From NCBI RefSeq assembly GCF_009914755.1, contig NC_060947.1: a stretch of DNA of 64,000 nt. One strand, 5' to 3'. The notes beneath the pieces are model-generated. The model was not told the origin of the DNA, ran no database searches, and saw only the letters and a list, made by a program, of their open reading frames with translations. The position numbers were made by a program, and so were the translations under genes. Source of the DNA: the human T2T-CHM13v2.0 reference genome, Homo sapiens. This document shows, piece after piece, positions 59,870 to 64,000 of this stretch; within the stretch, counting starts at the first letter, position 1, and each line of letters opens with the position of its first letter.

Positions 59870-61100
59870 TATTTATATCCCCATGTCACCCCTCTTCAGA
59901 GAGAAGCTTCCTGAAAGAATAGGCATTGCTCAGTCATCATTTTCTCACCTCCCACTTCTTCTGATCTTTGCCATCTGGCTTTCACCCCAACCACATCATT
60001 AAAATTGCTTTTGTCAAAACCACTACTTTGCTTTTTGGCCCTTATCTTCCTTGACCTTTCCACAATACTTGCCATTGCTAGCCATTCCCATCTTTTGGGA
60101 ACTTTTTACTGCCTTGATTGTCAAGGCAACATGCCATTTTGCTTTTGTCTCTCTCATGAGCTCCCATTCCACTGCCTGCCATTTCAATGTTGGTGCTTCC
60201 CAGGGTTCGACCTTCCACTCTCATTTCTTGCTCTCATCCTTTCTAAGGGATCTCATTCTATCTGTCATTTCCAACACCCGTGGAATGTCTACAATTTCCA
60301 GTGACGTGCCCCTACTCCATTTCTCCTCCTAAGCTCGTATTTTAAACTGCTTACTGGACTTCTCCACTTGAATGTTTTATTCCTATCTCAACCCCACAAT
60401 AGCCAAAACTCAAGGCATTATCTTTTCTTCCTCCCTTACTTTCATCACCCTCCAGATGCAATCCGTGTTCATGGCACCACCACCCTCTTAATACCACTCC
60501 CCCAAATTTTAGAATCATTGTACCATCTTCCCTCTTCATCACCTTTCCAGTCACTAACGTTTTTCAGTTCCATCATCTTAACACCACATGTCCTCCTTCT
60601 CCTTGTGATATCCACTGCTACAGTTTTTGCTAAGATTTTCAAAATGTATCATCTAGAATATTGTAATTGTTTCTTAATTGGTGTCCTTGAGAACAGTTTT
60701 GCCATTCTAATCTATTTTTCATTTTCTTGTGATGTTGATCTTTCTAAAATGCAAGCACAATCAAGTCCTCCTACTATTTAAAGCATTACTAGTTATCCGC
60801 ATTTCATAATCACAAAAGTCCAAACTGATTGTCATTACATAGAACCTCCTGCACAATCTCCTGCCCTTCTATCTTTCCAATCCCATCTCCCATCTTTCCC
60901 CAGACCTCAGTCACACTGAAAAACAGATGGTATCCTCGAGCACACCATATCATTGTTTTCCTCTGCACACTTACACATGCTGTTCTCTTTTCCAAATATG
61001 CCTTTATGAGACCCTTGCCTACCTCATAACCCTACATGTCCTTTGAAGCATAACTTCAAAGGGTCTCTTCTCTTTGAAGCATTCCTTGAATCCCCAGGAA
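59870..61100 (+). mobile_element. L2 fragment
   Basis: Pyrimidine-rich; TCTGGCTTTCACCCCAACCAC, CTGCTTACTGGACTTCTCCACTTGAATGT L2 motifs. Confidence 0.8.
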
Positions 61101-61384
61101 AGGTCAACTTATGCGCCTGTGGTCTGTGAGAGATGCATTGGAAATAGAATCAATAAGATTTCACTTGATTTAGATAAAAAGAGATAATGTGAGATGAGTA
61201 AGACACTTCAAGGAAGCTGAGCCTAGAAGCCAAGAATGGTGTTGAGCCATTACTAGAGAAAAAGAGAGCAAAAGAAGGATAAAGTTTTACAAAAAAGGTG
61301 AAGATCTAGGAGTTTATTTTTTTAAACAAATTCTTTATTGAAATGTAACATATACAAGGGAAAGTATACAAATTCAAACTGTGC

Positions 61385-62040
61385 AGAATGTCTAAATTTC
61401 AAGATAGACAATACCAACTGTTGGCAAAGTTATGCAACAATACTTATACATTCCTGGAGTATAAATTGGTGCAGCATTTTGGAAAACTGTTAGGCGGTAT
61501 CTAATTAAACTGAACACGTGCATATCTCATAACCCAACAATCCCATTCCTAGGAATATACTCAACAGATATGCTGACATATGTTCCCCAAAAGACATGTA
61601 CAGTATGTTCACAGCAGATGTATTTATTATGACAAAAAAAGGAGAAACAATCCAAATGTCCATCAAACCTTGAATGGATGAATATATTGTATTATATTTA
61701 TACCATGGAATGCTATTCGTCAGTAAGAGTGAGCAATATATCACATGCACAAGCATGCATGAATTTCAAAAGTAATGCTGTGTGAAAGAAGTCAGATACA
61801 ATAGAGAACATACTCTATCATATATAAAGTACAAAAAGGAACACAATTAATTTATGCTTTTTGAAGGCAGGATGGAAGTTAGTGACCAGAAAGGTGTAGA
61901 AGAGGTGCTTCTAAGGTGTTAGGAAGGTTCTATTTCTTCATTCAGTTGCTGTTTACGTGACTGTGCTCTATTTGTGAAAATTCGTCAAACTTTACACATG
62001 AAGTATGTGCATTTTCTGTACATTAAACTACAATGAAAAA
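61385..62040 (+). mobile_element. L1MC/ME-type 3' end
   Basis: ACAATACCAACTGTTGGC...CCCATTCCTAGGAATATAC...GAAAGAAGTCAGATACA. Confidence 0.8.
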
Positions 62041-64000
62041 ATTTTCAGTTTACAGTTAATTGAATTTTCACAGAGTGAACAGTGCCATTTAAATAACATC
62101 TAGTCAAAAAACAAATGCTACTTGCACTTCAGAAGCACCCTCTGATTACCTGCATCCCCCAAAAGTAATTCTAATTTGATTTCTATCACCACAGATGAGC
62201 TTTGCCCAATTTGAACTTCATATAAATGAAACCGTACAGTATAGACTCTTTTGTGGCTTTTTCTCAACATTGGAAAGTCTGCTTTTGGACAGGTTGAATT
62301 TGACGTGTCTTATGGATATCCAGATGGAGATGTTCTGGAAGAGTGTAGAAATACCCACATAGAAAGCAGAAAGTTCACTCCCTGGACTTAAATAGTTTTT
62401 CTCTTTTTCTCTTGTGCCTCATTATCCTAAAGCACATTTATGGCAGGTAGAGATGCAGAGAAGGAGGGAATACTAATTTATACAGTTTCTCATATTCTCC
62501 AAATAGCCCTGCTAGAATGTAAGCTTCACAATGGCAAGGACTTTGTCCTGCTCACTGCTGTTTCCTCTATACCTAGAAAATATCTTGTCTCATTACAGAT
62601 ACTCAATACATAGATGTTGAGCTAATTAGTTATAGGCAAAAATTGGGGAATCAACTAAGATATTTGAAACCTTGGGTTTGACCACACCCATTAAAGGGTA
62701 AACTGAGGAAAAGGAAGCTACAACAAAAAAGGCAGTTCCTTGAGGAATGTCTATACTCAGGAATAGAAAGAAGCTATACTGAAGGGGAGACTAAAAAATC
62801 AATCAAATTATACTTTTAGTACATAAACCCATTTTAGTAGTTTCTTGCCAGCCTTATAGACATAGATCTAGTTGCCATGACTAGGCAATTATTGGTCAAT
62901 TACAAGCATCGTTGCATTCACAATAGAAGGCTTTGCAATGTGTGACTTAGGAGTTACATTATGTATTTTTTAATCAACTTGAAGACAGAATTTCATTTTC
63001 CTTGAATCCTTAGGATTTGAGCTGTCAGTAATTATGCAAAGATCATCAAGTCCATGAAAAGTGCGTATCATTTGAAATGTTCATTAGCCACAAAACTGAT
63101 TTTTCTTTTAGTTTCTGATTCATTAAATCCGATCATATTCGTAGTGTGAAAAGTGTCAGGAGCCCTGGTGGGAGGCTGACTAGCCCATCCATTCAAACCT
63201 GCACAAAAATTCCCTCTCCTGCCTGAGCCCCAGGACAGGAACAGCTGATGCCCAAGCAACAAACTTTGTCTGCAAAGTATTACAAAATAAAAGCAAACAC
63301 ACAGGTGTGGACTTTCACTAGGTTTCTCTGGATGTGTATCTAGAGTTTCCCAGATGACTGAAGTGTCCACATTCCAATGATTCGCTTTCTCTTCTTTAAT
63401 TCAATTTATATTATATTTGAATTTCACTTTTAGCATTATCACATTTCTTTCTCTGGATTTGCATAATGTCTAGAGTTTAGAATAAGCTGTAAGGTTCAAC
63501 GACATGTTCATTTGTATGACTGACGCTATGCTATGTAATTTACATTGGTCTGTCATCCCAATTAGATTAAGTTCCTTGACTTGAGGGCAAGGCTTCGTCA
63601 TACTAGTTGGATTAAAAACACATGTGGTATCGGACAAAGAAAGTGTGTAAATACTCAAACAGTTGTTAATTAATTAAGATTCTTTTTACATTTAGAAATA
63701 TTGCAAAATATCCCAGAGTGTTGGCTTTCTATGATGATAACTGAACTTAGAATAGTTTAGGAAAAGATCACAGTGTAACTAATTTATTCATATAGATGGG
63801 TAATGATACATTATTCCTGGGCAGTGCTCACATGACAAAGAAAGTAAAGAAAGATGGCAGCATCTCCTCATTAATCAGCAGAGACAAAACAAGGAGGACT
63901 CATGTTTGTCAAAGCCCCGATGCATGTCTCTTTGCCAAGGAGACCCTATCACCTTCATCCCTTCCAGGTGCACAGAGAAAGCCAGGCCTCCCCTAACAAG

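Overview
Primate, almost certainly human, genomic DNA containing one recognisable gene: FAM9B (SYCP3/XLR/Cor1 family, testis-expressed, Xp22.31) on the minus strand. Seven coding exons with GT-AG boundaries (44001->36531; 28+121+32+100+112+99+69 nt) splice to a 186-aa [23 protein letters not shown]...DEDSELDN*. A GC-rich promoter/first-exon region lies at ~43.8-45.2 kb. The rest is intergenic and dominated by repeats: L1, Alu, L2, MIR, MaLR/ERV LTRs, MER DNA elements and a MER85 piggyBac MITE. Nearly all ORFs in the supplied track are spurious or repeat-derived. Most notable observations: (1) the non-coding last exon of FAM9B still holds an intact, phase-0, 18-codon fossil of the SYCP3 C-terminal exon (LLEKLALTQLSLQPLLF*), which exon-8 skipping would put back in frame; (2) an in-frame ACG in strong Kozak context 17 codons upstream of the weak-context ATG; (3) a dead ancestral splice acceptor (AG>AA) that shifted exon 5 by 12 nt; (4) a ~2-kb A-B-C'-B'-D inverted duplication inside an old L1, with a template-switch signature; (5) a ~1.9-kb AT-rich VNTR with palindromes grown inside an Alu linker just downstream of the gene. 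Paralog and repeat-family comparisons rest on recalled sequences, not database searches. Repeat boundaries are approximate unless a TSD is given.
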